The notes below the pieces were generated by a model. That model worked only from the letters and a program-made list of their open reading frames with translations, did not search any database and was not told the origin of the DNA. A DNA stretch of 62,846 nt, counting the filler, from Candidatus Babelota bacterium (GTDB lineage Bacteria; JAGOBX01), in assembly GCA_017999075.1 (NCBI GenBank). It is 10 parts of 10 records of this genome, joined end to end, with 100 filler letters (N's around TTAATTAATTAA, not from the genome) between each part and the next. Parts side by side here need not be neighbours in the genome. Positions count along the whole stretch, not along the records: positions 60,282 to 62,846 come from JAGOBX010000585.1; 9 more parts are not named here. One strand, given 5' to 3'. Every line of letters begins with the position of its first letter. Within the stretch, counting starts at the first letter, position 1. Shown here one piece after another: positions 60,284-62,846 of this stretch. A program made the position numbers and the translations under genes.

Positions 60284-61009
60284 ATAAGATTTATTGACTG
60301 GAACTCTACTGCGCGTTATTGCAAACCATTTGTAAAAGTTTTTAATGAAGAACGGCAACTGAACGTTACTTTTATGATTGACGCTTCAGCTTCTCTAAAT
60401 TTTTCATCATCCCCAAAATCAAAACTTGAAATTGCAGCTGAAATCAGCGCATTGTTAGCGTTTGCCGCAATAAAAAATAATGATAAAACCGGAATAATAA
60501 TTTTTACCGACGAAATTGAAAAATTCATATCTCACAGATATGGAAAAAAACATACACTACTTATTATCAGAGAAATTCTTGCGTATAAACCCGAGCGAAA
60601 AAAAACCGATATTTCAAAATCAATAGAATTCGCTTTAAAATCTCTGAAAAAAAAATCGGTTATATTTTTTATTTCTGATTTTTTTGATGAAAATTATACG
60701 GACCAGCTCGCAAAACTCCAAAATAAACACGATGTTACAGCAGTATTATTAACCGACCGTCTTGAAAAATCAATAGATGACTACGGAATAATAAAATTTT
60801 CAGATCCGGAAACCGGAAAAATACTGGTATTTGATTCGTCTTCTGAAAAAAACAGGAATTATTTTTCAAAACAGTCTGCAATTCTCAACGAAAATATAAA
60901 AAATTCTTTTATTAAATACGGAATTGATTTTATCGAGATTTCTACTGAAGGTTCTTATGTAGAGCCTTTGATAAAATATTTTAAAAATAAAATTAAACGG
61001 AAAAATTAA
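60284..61009 (+). CDS. DUF58 protein (MoxR-associated, VWA-like), 5' truncated
   Basis: IRFIDWNSTAR...KVFNEERQL...IDASAS; NNDKTG; FFISDF; DPETG. Confidence 0.92.
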   Translation: MRFIDWNSTARYCKPFVKVFNEERQLNVTFMIDASASLNFSSSPKSKLEIAAEISALLAFAAIKNNDKTGIIIFTDEIEKFISHRYGKKHTLLIIREILAYKPERKKTDISKSIEFALKSLKKKSVIFFISDFFDENYTDQLAKLQNKHDVTAVLLTDRLEKSIDDYGIIKFSDPETGKILVFDSSSEKNRNYFSKQSAILNENIKNSFIKYGIDFIEISTEGSYVEPLIKYFKNKIKRKN

Positions 61010-61012
61010 ATT

Positions 61013-61771
61013 ATGAAAATTATACGATTTTTTTATAAAAAACAAATCAGGTTTGGAATTCTTGAAAATGATATTATCAATGAAATAAAATTCGAAAATG
61101 AATTTTCTAAAATTATTCCGATTGGAATAAAAATTAAACACGATAAAACAATAAAATTACTGCCTCCAGTAATGCCGACAAAAATTGCTGCTGTAGGATT
61201 GAATTACCGTGACCATGCAGCAGAACTGAAAATGAATCAACCTGAAAAACCGGTATTATTTTTAAAACCTGCTACTTCAGTGATAGGACATAACGATTAT
61301 ATTGTTTTGCCTGAATCAAGTTCTAAAGTCGATTATGAAGCTGAACTCGGTATAATAATAAAAAAACAGTGTTACCGATTAAAGCCAGGACAGGTGAAAA
61401 AATATATTCTGGGCTACACTTGCGCGAATGATGTAACTGCTCGTGATTTGCAGAAACTTGACGGACAATGGACACGAGCAAAATCATTTGATACTTTTTG
61501 TCCTGTAGGAGTATGTATAGAAACTTCGGTTGACCCATCTAATCTTAATATAAAAGCTGTTTTGAATGGAAAAACTGTCCAGTCTTCAAATACATCAAAT
61601 ATGATATTTGATTGTTTTTATCTTGTATGGTATATTTCAAATATAATGACTTTAAATGCAGGCGATGTTATTATTACCGGTACTCCGCCTGGAGTAGGAC
61701 AGATTAAATCAGGCGATAAAATAGAAATTGAAATCGAAAATATTTCTAAATTAACTAATAAAGTCAAATAA
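61013..61771 (+). CDS. Fumarylacetoacetate hydrolase family protein
   Basis: VGLNYRDHA, LFLKP, DYEAEL, NDVTARDLQ, AKSFDTFCP, TGTPPGVG. Confidence 0.95.
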   Translation: MKIIRFFYKKQIRFGILENDIINEIKFENEFSKIIPIGIKIKHDKTIKLLPPVMPTKIAAVGLNYRDHAAELKMNQPEKPVLFLKPATSVIGHNDYIVLPESSSKVDYEAELGIIIKKQCYRLKPGQVKKYILGYTCANDVTARDLQKLDGQWTRAKSFDTFCPVGVCIETSVDPSNLNIKAVLNGKTVQSSNTSNMIFDCFYLVWYISNIMTLNAGDVIITGTPPGVGQIKSGDKIEIEIENISKLTNKVK

Positions 61772-61970
61772 AATTAACACAAATACTTCATTAGAACTTT
61801 AAATAATTGATGAATATATTGTGAAATACTATGTTTCAGCAATTTTTCAATCGTAAATAATTTTACAAAACAATATATGGTTTTTGGCAGGTTTTCAATT
61901 CATTTACCTGACTATCATAAAAACTCAGGAATACTGCGCTTTCAACTAAGGCGAATGCATTTATTCGGAT

Positions 61971-62846
61971 TTAATCGCTGTAATAGAAATGTACATTGCT
62001 TAATTTTCCTGATTTCAATTTTTTATAAACCGTATCATCGTATTTATTAAACGGTTTGCTAAGAAGTTTATTTTTATTATTTAATATTAATTCATAATAA
62101 TATAATGCTTTTTTACTGTATTCAACCGAATATTTACAATTTGAGATCAAATCTCTATCTGTTTTATTTTTAACCGGACCATTTGAATTATTATATTTGA
62201 AGCAATTATGTACTACACAATGAGTTAAATCATTATATGCATAAGCTAAAATATGATAAACATCATATTTTAAATGAGATTCAGGATATGCTTTCAAAAA
62301 ATATTCTGCATTTTTTGCAATTGTATACGGAATTTTTATACAATCAATTCCTCTTTCTATATCAATCATTTCAAATGCGCTGAATTCTCCCCATTTTGAT
62401 TTAGGAAAATTTTTTTCTATTTTTTTTAATATTTCCCAATCCCTAAAAGCATATGCCGGAAATAAATAATTTTGAGGTCCTATTATTTTAAATCCTAATT
62501 TAATCAATATATCTATTTCTGTTTTATTTAAATTTTCAGCATTTTTCCATATAATATCTTCTGGAGATGTCGGCCCATGTACAGGATTGCAAAGAGCTAT
62601 ATAATGATTTTCTATCAGATTTCTATATCTTTCAATGTTTTTCTCAAGTGTTTTTTGAGCGGATTTAAATTTATAATATTGAGCTTCATTCATAATATCT
62701 GTATCAGAATTATGATTTATAATTGCTTCGTGAAAAGCTAAAGCTGCGCCGATATAATCCTGATTATTGTAAAATTTATATGCTTTGTTTAATATTGAAT
62801 TGTTTTCAGCTCTCAAAAATTGGACATAAATGATGATTAATAAAAG
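61971..62846 (-). CDS. Hypothetical exported helical (TPR-like) protein; start lies outside the window
   Basis: The frame is open to the window edge with a hydrophobic leader; motifs KNFPKSKW and FLKAYPES resemble TPR-like repeats. Confidence 0.55.
   Translation of the reverse strand, partial: LLLIIIYVQFLRAENNSILNKAYKFYNNQDYIGAALAFHEAIINHNSDTDIMNEAQYYKFKSAQKTLEKNIERYRNLIENHYIALCNPVHGPTSPEDIIWKNAENLNKTEIDILIKLGFKIIGPQNYLFPAYAFRDWEILKKIEKNFPKSKWGEFSAFEMIDIERGIDCIKIPYTIAKNAEYFLKAYPESHLKYDVYHILAYAYNDLTHCVVHNCFKYNNSNGPVKNKTDRDLISNCKYSVEYSKKALYYYELILNNKNKLLSKPFNKYDDTVYKKLKSGKLSNVHFYYSD

Noticed and set aside
1..62846. CRISPR arrays, rRNA, riboswitches, retron or DGR reverse transcriptases, defence systems, alternative genetic code
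   Set aside because: I saw no repeat-spacer array, cas, reverse transcriptase or defence motifs. Long genes translate cleanly in code 11, with TGA, TAA and TAG all used as stops. Small structured RNAs could have been missed by eye.

Overview
AT-rich bacterial draft or metagenome-assembled sequence. It consists of ten unlinked contigs joined by 100-nt spacers (N44-TTAATTAATTAA-N44), so adjacency across spacers means nothing. Contig 1 (1-11704): an ArnT/PMT-like membrane glycosyltransferase that reads in frame into the start of pyrG, an ABC substrate-binding lipoprotein, ruvA, a 1927-aa secreted PLD/lamin-tail/Ig-repeat/dockerin-like protein, argG and rpe. Contig 2 (11805-23488): an IS21-like end abutting the 3' part of a large serine recombinase whose stop codon lies inside tRNA-His, then aas/lplT, an amidohydrolase, a hybrid histidine kinase, a GT4 and an MFS transporter. 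Contigs 3-4: CusA, a heavy-metal-binding protein, a stand-alone Cache protein and YfhO. Contig 5 (28965-40550): an HdrA-MvhDGA (group 3c NiFe hydrogenase) cluster with a maturation protease, a Kae1-only HypF bracketed by two long hairpins, HypCDE and a Thermococcales-type HypA plus Mrp/MinD-type HypB. Contig 6: HIT, Nudix and a fused sugar-binding protein/permease. Contig 7: a membrane protein and msrA, compositionally atypical. Contig 8: a >3500-aa FecR/repeat/FN3 giant protein and a GT4. Contig 9: a phage-like fragment. Contig 10: DUF58, a fumarylacetoacetate hydrolase family protein and a hypothetical protein. All calls come from motif recognition by eye; no searches were run.
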